This document shows, in pieces, positions 51,865 to 64,000 of a stretch of 64,000 nt of DNA. Position numbers and translations under genes: made by a program. The notes beneath the pieces were generated by a model. The model searched no databases, was not told the origin of the DNA, and was given only the letters and a program-made list of their open reading frames with translations. This DNA comes from Octopus sinensis (Eukaryota). The first letter of the stretch is position 1. Every line of letters begins with the position of its first letter. The stretch spans positions 72,726,001 to 72,790,000 of the forward strand of contig NC_043002.1 in the NCBI RefSeq assembly GCF_006345805.1, in the 5' to 3' direction.

Positions 51865-53274
51865 GTTAGTTTCAACAGATTTGCACTTTAAATCAATTTC
51901 AAACAGTTTTATGGAATGTAGCGTAAAATTCTGGTCATCATCATCATCGTTTAACGTCCGCTTTCCATGCTAGCATGGGTTGGATGATTTGACTTAGGAC
52001 TGGCAAACCAGATCGCTGCACTAAGCTCCAATCTGATTTGGCAGAGTTTTTACAGCTGGATGCCTTCCCTACTGCCAACCACTCTGAGAGTGTAGTGGAT
52101 GATTTTACGTGCCACCGGCACGAGGGCCAGTCAGGCGGTATTGGCAATGGCCACACTCAAATGGTGTTTTTTACGTGCCACCTGCACAGGAGCCAGTCCA
52201 ATGGCACTGGCACAAGTGCCAGTAAGGTGACGCTGGTAACAATCACGCTCAAATGGTTCTTTTTACATGCCGCCACCAGCACAGAAGCCAGTCAGCTGCT
52301 CTGGCAGTGATCACGCTCGGATGGTGCTCTTAGCGCTCCACTGGCACAGGTGCCAGTCATCGAATTTGATTCGATTTCGATTTGGTCATTTTAATTAAAA
52401 CACTGCAACAATTTTATCCCAACCATTTGGATAAACTGAAAGAAAAAGAAAAATTATAGAATTATAAGCTATTTACTACATTCATCTCACTTTTCCATGC
52501 TTGTCTGAGTCAGACAGAGTTTGTTGAGACTGATATTATGCTGCCAGATGCTCTTCCTGTCATCAGCCCTCATTGGTTTCCAAGTAAGGTAATATTTCCA
52601 CATTGCCAGGCATGTTTTTCATGGAAGACTGCAAACAAACAATATTACTTGTATGCTGGTGATGCTTGTTTACACCATGATGCCAAGACATGGGTACATA
52701 CATGTATATGTATGAGGTCTTGTTTTAGTTTCTGTCTACCAAATCCACTCACAAGACCTTGGGTAGAAGACACTTGCCCAAAGTGCCATATGGTGGGACT
52801 GAAGCCAAGACTACAGGGTTGGGAAGCAAGCTATTTATCTACACAACCACAATGTTAACATCTTTGTTTCTACTGTTTAATTTTGATTATAAATTTTCAC
52901 TGCTGACTATTATTTACAAGTAATCGTCATTTTAAATGTATCCCTATCTTTTTCTCTCCCCATTTCTCCAAACATCATTAACCTTTTTTGATACAAACTT
53001 CCTGTTATGATAATTCAAATTAAAACCTTTCAAAATCCTAGGTTAATTTGTGCCAAACACCAGCTTATTTGTTAAAAGTTAAATTTACCAAAACCTTCAT
53101 TCTTTTCAAAAATAATTTCAGTGAAAGCAGGTATCTCCATTGTTGTTTGTGTGTATTTTTCTAGTGATATGGAGAAGTTTAAGGTTGTCTTTTACCCATT
53201 ACCAAAATAGCTAGTTGGTGTTTGCATGTGCAGAAGCAACTTTCATCAAGTTATCTTTTGTTTCTGTATTTCAG

Positions 53275-53643
53275 ATGATGATGAAGGTGGTGGTAGAGGT
53301 TTTGATAGAGACAATTATGGTGATAGGGATCGATTTGGTGACAGAGACAGGGATCGTGGAGGATTTGGTAATGCTGCTCCCGAAACTGGCCGCTGGGAAA
53401 GATCAGGTCCAACAGAAAGGAGTGACCGGAGCGATCGATATTCTGCTGCACCTTCTGATACATGGGATCGAGGAGTGACAATTGAAAAGTCTAATGAACG
53501 ATGGGGTGATCGTGATAAAGGATTTGACCGTGATAGAGGATTTGATCGCGACAGAGGATTTGACCGTGAAAGAGGATTTGATCGCTATGGAGATCGTGGA
53601 TATGACCGGGGTTATGGCAATAATCGTTTCCGTGAGGATAGAG
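53275..53643 (+). CDS. EIF4B: EIF4B coding exon 7 (DRYG-rich domain)
   Basis: tttcag / G|gtgaga, 369 nt, phase 1 to 1; DRD/RGF/DRYG repeats. Confidence 0.95.
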
Positions 53644-54429
53644 GTGAGAACTGTTCTAATTTATTCTGTTTATGTACAAAATCCATGGGTAAAATCTTGA
53701 ATTATTCTATTAGAATAAATGCCTGTTTAAATTGAACAGACACTGCTCATTCAGTTTTTAGAAAGTTATGGACTGAGTCAACATGTTTCGTTTTGTTTTT
53801 TTTTTAATTTCCTTATTGTATAAATTTTTATCATGAAATATGTGCTCTCTCATAAATCCTTTAGGAAGTAATAATTAATCTTTTATCATTTAAACTGGCC
53901 TTAACAGGCCCAAATATTCTGCATGTTTTGTGTTCAAACCAGCCAGATTCAGCCTCTCACACCTATCATACAATTATATTAGTGAAATCATGAAACTACA
54001 AAATAATGCATGATTGATTCAAACAGTACAATAAACAAGTATTATACTTTAATGCTAAAGGGTTAAAGCAGATTGCATTCAATGCCATAGTATTTATTAT
54101 TTTTACTTTCTATTTGAAAAGGAATAATTCTCATTAAATTGTTTCTAGCGTTAAACTAATACATTGTCTTTTTATGCGCATTACCTTCTTAATATACCCC
54201 ATTTGGTTGTGAATTCTTTTATGAGTACTTGGGACCTTACCAGTACTGATGCCATGAAAAGGGCACCTGAAGTAGTTGGCATTTGGAAAGGCAACTATTT
54301 ATAGAAACCATATCAAAGCAGACACTAGAGCTTAAAATACTGCCCTCTGGCTTGTCTTTTCATGTCGAACCATCCAACCCATGCTAGCCTGGGGAAAATG
54401 GGACATTACATGATTTTATATATCTGACC

Positions 54430-54745
54430 TAGACTGGAATCTAAGGGCTTTAGAGTTTATTTAGCAAAAACTAAAGTCCTAGTAGGTGTGAATACAGACA
54501 AATCACAAGTCCCTTCTGGGAGATGGCTCTGCTCGATATGTAAGAAGGGTGTTAGTAGAAAATCCATATGTTGTGCCCTGTGCAAACTTTGGACACATAA
54601 GAGGTGTTGTAGTATCACACGGGAAGGTTAATGTAGTATATAGTCTACCTCAGATGCTATGGGAATCATTAGAAGTAGTGGGTGCTTCTGTTACCTAGGA
54701 GACCAAGTTAGCAGAGGTTGAGGAAGTTCTGAAAGTGTAGTTGCT
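54430..54745 (+). mobile_element. Degraded RTE fragment (Cys-rich insert and RT C-terminus)
   Basis: GRWLCSICKKGVSRKSICCALCKLWTHKRC and LEVVGASVT/CYLGDQVS-like segments. Confidence 0.55.
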
Positions 54746-57700
54746 AGAATAAGACAGGCTGGGCAACAAAAGGGACAAGTTTTCACAGGTGGGCATGGGG
54801 GCGGGGTGGCTGGGATGCGTGGTGTTCAGTGGGATGTGAATGTGGTTAAGATGAGGAACAAGGGGACAGAAAAAAGGTAAAAGCAATAAAGAAAACAGAG
54901 TATTAGCTGAGGCAAAAGATTGAAGCAAGTATAAGAGCAGAAGACAGTTTACAAAATGGGTAAAGATTGGAAATAATAAACGAAAACATAAAAAGTTAGG
55001 GGAATATCAGAAAGACAGTTGAGCATCAAAGAGTATGTTAAAAGGCAGAGAGGAAAGGGGCAGAAGGCTTAAGTAATGTATTTATTAGGCACAGGAATAT
55101 TAGAAAAGGGGTGGAAGATGGCTATAAAAAAATGGATGTTATTAACCCTGTGGCAGTAAGTATGTATGTGGTTGTATGAATTGCAGTAAGGTCTGTTAAA
55201 TGAATTCAAGATGGATAATAATAATAATAAACAAATTCAGAGATAAATTGCAATAGACTGCAAGGAAATATTTATTACAACTGCAGAAATTTGATAAAGC
55301 ACACTGTTAAGGCATTTCAATTGTCAAAACATTATATATGTTTAAATGTTCATCAAAATGTAGAATAGGGGTTAAAAGAAAAACCTGAAATACAGTATCA
55401 CAATAATTCTGGTTACTTCTATTCATAGGTTGGTAGAATACTAAGCATAGCATCAAGGATTTTAGTTTGTAATCTGTTCAAACTGAAAACTGCAAATTGG
55501 AATCAAAATTATTTTCACATCAAGGTCCCGGGTCGCTTGTAGCAAAACTCTCCTCCCTGGCAACTTAGCGAGCCAGAACTTCCCATTTTATAATTGATGA
55601 ACAAACACTAAGTTAGCCCACCACATTAAAGATTTGGGCAGTCCAAGTCAGATTAAATTGATCCATTCATCATGTGGTGAACCAAAATGGCTATAGTTAA
55701 AAGTAAAAAGCTACAATGTGAGCAGCCAAAGTTCAAGAGCACTCATGCTGCCACTACAACCCTTTAGCATTCAGATTACTCTATCAAATGTGATCTTGTA
55801 GCTTTGAGATTTTGATGTTGTGATTGTTTGTTTTAGAATGACATTGTAGGATTGGTGTGAGAGGCCAGATCTTGTCGGTTTGAACATAAAATTGGTAGAA
55901 AATTTGGACTGGTTTAAATGATATAAAGAAAAATGTTACATAACATAAAACAGTTACGAGTTCAGAGAAGAGGGTTGTGGAGTCAGTAAAATGGAATAGG
56001 AACAATTGTGTTGAAAGGCAGAGGGGTTTAGAACAGAAGTATTTAAAAAATAATTATGTATGCAACACATGGAGAAAGAGGAGTTAATTGGGGAAAAGAA
56101 AAGGAATTCTATAAAAGTTCATTTACAAGGGTTGAAAGAAGTATTGATGAAATCCATTTGATGTTTAATGATCAGTTTGAGATGAAAGCACATGTTGCAT
56201 GGTGGATGTTTTGTGGAGAGAGACTAATGGAGTAAGATAACAAAGTTGGGAGATAATTGTTAGCATATGCTTGCATATTAGTGTGTGTGTGTATATATAT
56301 ATATAATTACAGTATGAAAATCAAGAGTGGGTGGCTGTTTAATTCCCTCATTCACCAAAAGTCAATCGCATAAGAACAGCTGTTGACAAAATAATACTGG
56401 CAATGTCCCAGCATTGCTACAGCCTTTGGGCTAAAACGTATAAAAGAATATATGTGTGTTTGTGGAGGCGCAATGGCCTAGTGGTTAGGGCAGTGGACTC
56501 GCGGTTGTAGGATCGCAGTTTCGATTCCCAAACCGGGCGTTGTGAGTGTTTATTGATCGAAAACACCCAAAGCTCCATGTGGCTCCGGCAGGGGTTGGTG
56601 GCGATCCCTGCTGTACTCTTTCGCCATACCTTTCTCTCACTCTTTCTTCTGTTGGCCTGCTCGCTTAGCCAGCGGGGTGGCGTCATTTGAAGGCTAAAAC
56701 AATGCAAAGCGCATTGTGACCAGCAATGTGTAGCAACATCTGATAGCCTGGTCGGTCACGGGGATGTATATATATATACAACATATAAAAATAAAGCATT
56801 TTATCTCCCTGCTACAACCTGATGCACCTATTGAGAAAAAAATTTAAGGCCGTTTTCTTGGTATGATTTTTTGTCGCTAATTTGTGTATTATTTTGTGTG
56901 TGTTTTTGCGCATGTGTATATCTATGCATTTAAGGGAACCACTTAGGCAGTGCATGTACAGCGGCAAGAATGTGTCTATGTTTACATCTTCAATCTTCAA
57001 GATATCCCATTCAGCAGTGTCATTGGATTTTACAAATGCTGATTAATAAGTGAATATATTTCCAGCAGCTAAATTTAGGTTTCATTGCTTGTGTTTCCAA
57101 TAAATCGATGCCAACAGACAGCACTGCATACACATCTACTACCATGGCTTGCCTGCACTTGATCTTCCAATAAATTGATACAACTCTACCTAAGGTCCTT
57201 CACATATGAAAAACGTGGATGGTCATGACTACAATATCTTCCCTCAGAGATCTGTTCCATTATGGTTGTCTTGAGGTTAAACTACAAAACTAGCAACACA
57301 TTAAATAATCACACACCAATAATCATTTAACCTGCTAGAAATTGCATCCCTATCTTCCTCAAATCACTATCTTCGATCATAAAAATGACATGTAGGAGAG
57401 TAAGGTTCTGGTCATTCGACTCAGAAATAGTAGCCACATCTTACTCAAAACATTGCCAACTTTATTGTATATGTTCGTATGGCAAGTACACCTACTAGAA
57501 ATAGCAAACATACTACCTTCAAATTGCAACACACTGTCTCAGTTAATAAAATAAGAATACACACATACATACATATATACACACACACTCACTCTCTCTC
57601 GTAATGACTCAGCATGCTAGAAACAGCAACCAAAACCTCTTTCAAATCACCATTTTAAAATGTACATGCTGGATATTGTAGTCCTACCTCTTCAAGCTTC

Positions 57701-58686
57701 ATTCTCATGTTGGCTGGTGTCTATGTTTGCTCGACCAGTTAAAAATAGGAGTCCCTTCTTAATCAAATCACAGCCTACTGTCTTATATATGTTTACTTCG
57801 TGGTTACACTTGCTGTCATAGTAAAGGACACATTTGGAAATCTGGTTTTGGGTTCCTTGCACATATAAAAGCGAGGTACAGTCTCGGCTGGAACACTTCA
57901 TTATAGGTCTGCTTGAGTGCAGCTAAACTGCAACAACAAAACATTCACAAGAAGAAAGCACGTATGCAGATAGCACTAAAAGCATATATATATCATTGAG
58001 TTCTTGCACCATCTGTCAATCTTTTACTCACGTTTTCTATTTATTGTGTTAACACTACAATAAAAACATTTTTCACATTAATTCACATATTATTGGAAAG
58101 GATTAAAATAAATGGTAAATATCAATGCTGGTCTATAGTTGAGTAGAGAGGTAATACAATAGATATATTGAGCACTTTTCCTTTTATTAGTAAATTCAGA
58201 TGTTTGCAGTGACACATGTATACACACACATTTATCATCATCATTTAATGTTTTTTCCCTGCTGGCATAGGTTGGACGATTTTGACTGGAGTTGGCTTGC
58301 TGAAGGGTTGCACCAGGCTCCAATTGTCTGTTTTGACATGGTTTCTATAGCTGGATGCCTTCCTTAATGCTAACCACTTCACAGAGTGTATGGGTGCTTT
58401 TTATGTGATGTTCATGTATACATTATGCATAAACACATTGTCATCACTCATGAATACAACTTGGTGGCAAGTACTGTGATTTTACTAATTGTTTTTAAGT
58501 GCCCATGTTTGTCACAGGCAGGCATAAGCACCCTGTGGGTACTTCCACCCACAAACCGGTGGAATATCCAGGATATGACAGCTTGAGAGCAAGAGGACTA
58601 AAGCATCATGAATTAGAAAAGTGTCTTGCTCAACGACACAACATACTGCTCAGTCTGAGAAATAAACACGCAATCTTAAGATCATA

Positions 58687-59520
58687 CAAGGTGGTATCAA
58701 AAAGTTCCCAGACTAGTTATGTTTAATAAAAAGAAAAATGGCTTATTTGCCAAAGTTTTTAACATCATCTCCGTCGGAATAGTCACCTTGTGCAGCAATA
58801 CAGTGGTCCCAGCATTCCTGCCACTTTTGGAACTTGGCCCTTAAAAATCATTTTCTATAAGCAAGTCAAGGACCTTCTGCGATTTGCTTTTCATTTTGAC
58901 AGCAGTGTTAAAATGGCGACTTCTGTACTGCATTTTCATCTTAGGGAAGAGTTGTAAGTTCACAGGTGCTAAGTTTGGCAAATAGGGTGAGTGCGAAAAC
59001 GATACTATGTTGTTTTTGGCAAGAAACTCACGAGTGAGGAGAGATCAGTGACAAAGTACATTCTCATTGTGAAGAATTGAATTCTTCTTGCTCCACAGAT
59101 CTGGTTGCTTTCACCATCTGTCCTCCCTCAAGCACTTCAAAACATCATTGATTGTCCTCCAATGATCCTCATGCACAAACTGATGAATTTTCTCCACATT
59201 TTGGGGAGTGACACTTTTAGCAGGTCTTCTAAGGATGTTCTGCTTTTGAAGCACCTGTCACTCAAAACATTGCATACAACCCATTGCCTCATTGCCATAA
59301 GTTTACTGAAGCATGCTCAATGTCTCTGTAGCAGACTTCCCAGCTTCAGCACAAAATTTCACATCGGCTCTTTGTTCCAACTCACTTGTCCATTACAAAA
59401 ATCACAGACTACAGCATAAACGTGATCGCAAAAACACAAATTCCATAACTTGTGAAGTAAACACAGTCATATCACTCAGCACAATGCCTCATGAAAATCA
59501 CTGTTAGCTCTCACTGCGCA
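58687..59520 (-). mobile_element. Degraded, internally deleted mariner-like element
   Basis: Minus strand gives an N-terminal ELEQRADVKFC and a C-terminal FQKWQECWDHCIAAQGDY; TA+caaggtggtatcaaaaagttcc TIR-like end. The far end is approximate. Confidence 0.6.
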
Positions 59521-60153
59521 TGCAACTGAGTGCTACATTTTAACCACTAGGCCACAGACCTTTATACACATACATATATAGATATGTATCATCATCATCA
59601 TAGTTTTAACTTGTACTTTTCCATGTTAGCATGGGCCAGGTAGATTTTTGAATGGTCATATACCCTTTTGTTGCCAGCCCTTCCTTGTTTTCAAGCAAAG
59701 AAATATTTCTCCATGGATAGGCATGTTTGCATAGAATATTGGAAAGAATAAAACAAGCAATGGGCTTCATTCAGTTTCTGTCTACAAAATTTACTCACAA
59801 GGGCTTTGGTCAGCCCATGGTTATAGTAGAAAACACTTGTCCAAGGTTCCATATTGTGGGACTAAATCTGAAAACGTGGTTAGGAATATATATTCCAAAA
59901 TGTGGAATGTACAAGATGATAGAATGAATTGTTAATATTTAATGCGATTATATTCAAATAACATTTATATAAAATATATTTTATCTATTTAGTGCCTTGG
60001 CTTCAATGGGTGTAGGTAATATTAGTTGTACAAACAATTAATAAAGTATTAATTAAAACTATTAAATTATATAATTATCTTTGTTATATTACATATTCCA
60101 GTTGAAGAAATTGTTATTTTATTATTTGCTAATGATTTAAAAACATTTTCCAG

Positions 60154-60208
60154 GTTATAACAGAAGAAATGAGAGAGGTTTTGAAAGAAGAGGCTTTGGT
60201 GGCGAGAG
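60154..60208 (+). CDS. EIF4B: EIF4B coding exon 8
   Basis: ttccag / AG|gttagt, 55 nt; GYNRRNERGFERRGFGGE. Confidence 0.88.
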
Positions 60209-60421
60209 GTTAGTATGAATTATTACATTTTGAAATGATATCAAACTAGTTATTTTGTTTTACTCTCTGTTAGAAATCTCTTAGATTAATGATCATCTTT
60301 ACCTAGTCCTGTCTGGGAGCAGAAAGGGGATTTCGTGAGTGTCAATGAAAGGGCCATGACAAATCTAATTGATTTATTGACTGAGAGGTTATCAAACAAG
60401 CTATTAGTTAACTGGTTAAAT

Positions 60422-60746
60422 GAGGGGTTCACAACCTTTTTTTTTTTTTTTCTGTGGACCCCTTTGATTATTATTTTAGTCTGGTGGACCCCATAGCCAT
60501 TCGCAGTTTAAAATCTTAGTTTTATAGATGTTTCTTTCAAAGTTCTTATTTTGTTTTTCGCACATTACCTTGTGTAGAGTGAATTATATAAAATGGTGGA
60601 GAAATTAACCTAGCTGATTCTTGCAGCAATAAATACATCTCAAACAAAATTTATTCGTGGACTCTTAAGATACTGCTATAAATCTCCAATTTACTATGCT
60701 TGTGTGGACCCCCAGGGATCATATAAACACCAGTTGAAAACCACTG
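60422..60746. mobile_element. hAT-like MITE
   Basis: gaggggttcacaac ... gttgaaaaccactg; 8-bp TSD ggttaaat/ggttaaaa. Confidence 0.55.
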
Positions 60747-61394
60747 GGTTAAAAAGTCAACCAATTGACTAAAAAATAAAGATATGAAATAGAACCAGTG
60801 CTTGTGTTTCTTATTAGCATGTTGACCCACCTGAGACGCAATCACAATCTGAGCATCTTTATTCATTTTATGCTTATTTAACACTTTTGCATTTAAATCA
60901 GTCATATTTGGCCCAAATATTCTTGTTTTATGTTCAAACCAGCCAGATCTGGTGTCTTACACCTGCCCTAGAATATCATTTTCTAAAAATAAAGTCACAT
61001 TATTAAAATCTCAAAGCTACAAGATAATGCACAACTAATTTAAAACAATGTGAATGAATTATATCTTACAGAAAAATCCAAATACTAAATGGTTAACATT
61101 TTATTAAAAAAAGACAAAATTCTTGTTTAATAGATTTGTGAAAGTAGAAAACTTTTATAGTTATTTCACAGTCATGGATTTGCCATAACACATTTGATAA
61201 TACTGTACTGTTTTAAATTTACAACAGTCAGTTGGGAGAAAAGTTTAGAACTTTGGACTGTTTAACTTTTAACTATCTTAGTTGAAATCCCACTAGGTTT
61301 CTGAAACTTATATGTCATCCATTATAATTTCATCTTTGAATATATTTTCATTTATTTCTGTATAATCACAAATACTTTGCCTTATTTTTTTCAG

Positions 61395-61420
61395 TGAGCC
61401 AAGCCGTGAGTCCAGTTCTG
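61395..61420 (+). CDS. EIF4B: EIF4B coding micro-exon 9 (26 nt, S-EPSRESSS)
   Basis: T-run+cag acceptor, G|gtaagt donor; needed to bridge phase 2 (exon 8) to phase 1 (exon 10). Confidence 0.82.
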
Positions 61421-61867
61421 GTAAGTTGTTAAGCTCTTGAATCAGTATCTAATGTTATTGCAATGTCAATACAAAATAAAAGGTGTTTTGTGTCTGATGA
61501 GATGATAAATGTAAATAATGTATAAGCAAACTTCAAAAATCTAGTTAGCCATAAGAAGCTCATGATTGTTTATGCTGCAAAAAATATGTTACAGACAAAA
61601 GTTGAATACATATGATTGCTTCAGGAGATGGGTGGAAACGATTTTAAATTTCTGAGATGAAGCTGTAAGGATTATAAGTGTTCAAGCTTTCATTCCTTTA
61701 AGAGTCCAGAAAAATTATAATCATAGAAATAGATACTGTTATTTGCCTTTAAACTGAGAACTGGACAAATTATAGAAATATAATGGGGTAGTATTAGTGC
61801 AACTTAAAAAAAGAGAAAATATTTTTTTGGAAATGTTTTGAAATTATTGAATTATATCTTTATATAG

Positions 61868-62075
61868 ATCCTCCCAAGGACAGACCTCGATTAAATTTGA
61901 AACCTAGATCAGTCGCAGCAACTGAACCTGTAGCTGAATCCTCATCATCCATTTTTGGTGGTGCTCGTCCTGTTGATACCAGTCAAAGAGAAAAGGAGAT
62001 AGAGGCCCGAATCCGTCGTGAAGGAGATATTATAAAAGCCCGGAATGATGATGAAAAAGAAAATAATTATTACAA
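61868..62075 (+). CDS. EIF4B: EIF4B coding exon 10
   Basis: tatag acceptor, AA|gtatat donor, 208 nt; DRPRLNLKPRS...SIFGGARPVDTSQREKEIEARI. Confidence 0.9.
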
Positions 62076-62626
62076 GTATATATCTATCTATCTATCTCTT
62101 TTTATGTGTGTTTAATGTCCTACTAAAATAACTGTTATAGCCTATTACTTCTACTGACCTTAGACATCACAAAATGTGTATGTGGAATAATATGCTATTG
62201 AATGTACACTTTTTTGAACAAGTATTAAATTCTGGGGACTATACACCATTGTGTAGTGGAGAGTTATGTTCTGAAAAGGATTGTGCCAATCCATGGTGTC
62301 GATAACAATCTATGTGGTCTACAATACATGAGTCCACATAATTATTATTGTTGATACGAAGTAGAGTTTTGTTTATGAATCACAGCTAAAATCTCCAGCG
62401 AAACAAATATTGCCAGAAACGACATTAACTGCATCAATAGTTGGGATAAGTGGGCTGGTGATGTAAGTATGAAGAATTCAAGAAGTAGAAATGGCTGCTG
62501 TGTTTTAAATCTTTGTATGTGTGATTTCTTTACCAAACAACTGTTCTTAAGCAAAAGCTAAACTTTGAATCATGTTACAAAGAATGTGATCTTTATCTGA
62601 TTAAGTTTCTCTATTTTGTCTTTCAG

Positions 62627-62730
62627 GTCAAATGATTACTCCAGCCAATATCCTGGTAAAGGAGGAGAAAGAGATAGTTCACGGCGAGATAAAAGGCAAA
62701 GTGGTGGAAGCACCTCTTCACAAGGAAGAG
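62627..62730 (+). CDS. EIF4B: EIF4B coding exon 11
   Basis: tttcag acceptor, phase 2 to 1; SNDYSSQYPGKGGERDSSRR...; donor either 62731 or an in-frame alternative at 62743. Confidence 0.8.
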
Positions 62731-63809
62731 GTATAAGACCCAGTAAGAGTTTCCATCTTTGCATACAAACTAGGATGCATTTTGTTGGAAAAACTTATTT
62801 TTGTGTTGATTCATTTTTTAGTTTGTGACAGTAAAAATAAGCAAAAGCATAAAATCATGCTTTATATTTAAAGTTTTTTTAGTTTACCTTTAGTTTTAGT
62901 TTGATGTTGTTGTCTTTTAGTTTATCTTACTCTTATTTTATTTATTTTTTTTAGTTTATCTTGCTCTTATTTGAGAAGGTACTCAAGTAAATAGGTCAAT
63001 ATCTGACTGCATTTCATTAGGTACAGCTGTGTTAATAGTGAAACCTGAACTATTCACTTTTTATTAGGTGCCAGTATTTCTTTCCACTTGATTGTTGTAA
63101 CTTTAAATTTATTATATTAGTGTAAATTACAATAATACAGGATCGAGATATTACCTTTGAAGACACAAAAAATACAATAATTATTCATCTACTGTTGGAG
63201 TTATGTTATTATCAGTTTTACCACTTCTGATATATTTGCCATATTTTTTTCTATTAAAACCTCTTAGGTAACCAGTTGGTATTTAAAGTGTTAATCTCAA
63301 TATTATGTAGTAAAGTTTTGTTTTTTTTTTTTGTGAAAAATCTTGTCATTAATTGGGAGACAAATATAAGGAATAATTATTGAGAAGAAAAAATCAGAGC
63401 TGCAAAAAAGTGGATGAAACAATACATGTTAGTGTAACAGTTTCTGTGATATTTGTTATGTAGGTTCTAAATTACTCTGGAGATCTTTTATCATTAATAG
63501 CATTGTTAGACTGAAATCCAAGCTAGGATACTCTAGCATATTGTTTACAACAGGATTGAAGTGTGGTGCACATGATGATTCCTATTAGTTCTTTGATAAC
63601 ATTGGTGGCAGAGCTCTGTAAAGTTTTTCAGTATCGATTATTTACCATGGGGACATTTGTTAAAGGAAGTTATCTGAAAGAATACTTTTATTTCCAAGAA
63701 ACCTTAATGAAATTTTAAAATATCATGATCAATGGTTCAGTAATGTGTAATCAACTTTAATCTTGACATAGTTTCTTAAAAGGGAATAATTGTTTTGTTT
63801 TTTTATCAG

Positions 63810-64000
63810 CACAAAACCAACCAAGAACTAGATGTGATAGTAGAGACTCTAGTAATTCAGAACCAAATACAGATGAAAAAGAAGAAAAACAAGTGCCACT
63901 TTCTCCTAGAAAAGAAGATCCTCCAACCAAAATGGTGCCTGCTCCACCACCCAAAGAGAATATTTGGGAAAGACGGAAAACTGAACAGCAGTCAAATAAA
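63810..64000 (+). CDS. EIF4B: EIF4B coding exon 12 (partial, runs off window)
   Basis: ttatcag acceptor; QNQPRTRCDS...KMVPAPPPKENIWERRK, open to the window end. Confidence 0.9.

Larger units (their letters stand above)
33006..64000 (+). other. EIF4B: EIF4B gene span (eukaryotic translation initiation factor 4B; 3' end beyond window)
   Basis: Twelve exons join in frame: MAASGKKQKKRKGKTFNLNDFL, LPTAPRAARGP, RRM (YIGNLPYD; RGFGYVYF), DR/G/Y-rich region, RPRLNLKPRS, SIFGGARPVDT, PAPPPKENIW. All are hallmark eIF4B motifs. Confidence 0.97.

Noticed and set aside
53226-53735. 169-aa ORF as a standalone gene
   Set aside because: It is EIF4B exon 7 plus flanking intron read-through.
63571-63678. ATGATGA...CTGA as a possible box C/D snoRNA
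   Set aside because: No terminal stem, no recognisable C'/D' boxes or rRNA antisense element; such motifs are frequent by chance in AT-rich DNA.

Overview
AT-rich, microsatellite- and SINE-dense animal genomic DNA. The repeat families point to an octopus or other coleoid cephalopod (inference). Two spliced genes sit head-to-head with only 254 bp between their start codons. LZTFL1 (BBS17) is on the minus strand with 6 coding exons recovered (203 codons); its 3' exons lie left of the window. EIF4B is on the plus strand with 12 coding exons recovered (513 codons) and runs off the right edge. All exon phases join in frame with GT-AG boundaries. The introns hold tRNA-headed SINEs, RTE, CR1 and Penelope-like retroelement remnants, mariner/maT fragments, hAT, piggyBac and foldback MITEs, and a non-autonomous Helitron. 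The most striking observation is a ~1.6-unit tandem repeat in LZTFL1 intron 2 (16705-17451). Each unit carries a type-I hammerhead-ribozyme fold on the LZTFL1 sense strand, with a self-complementary stem III and predicted cleavage sites 472 nt apart, a retrozyme/Penelope-like architecture. All identifications are by eye and from recalled family consensus; no database search or folding program was run. Coordinates of degraded repeats are approximate.
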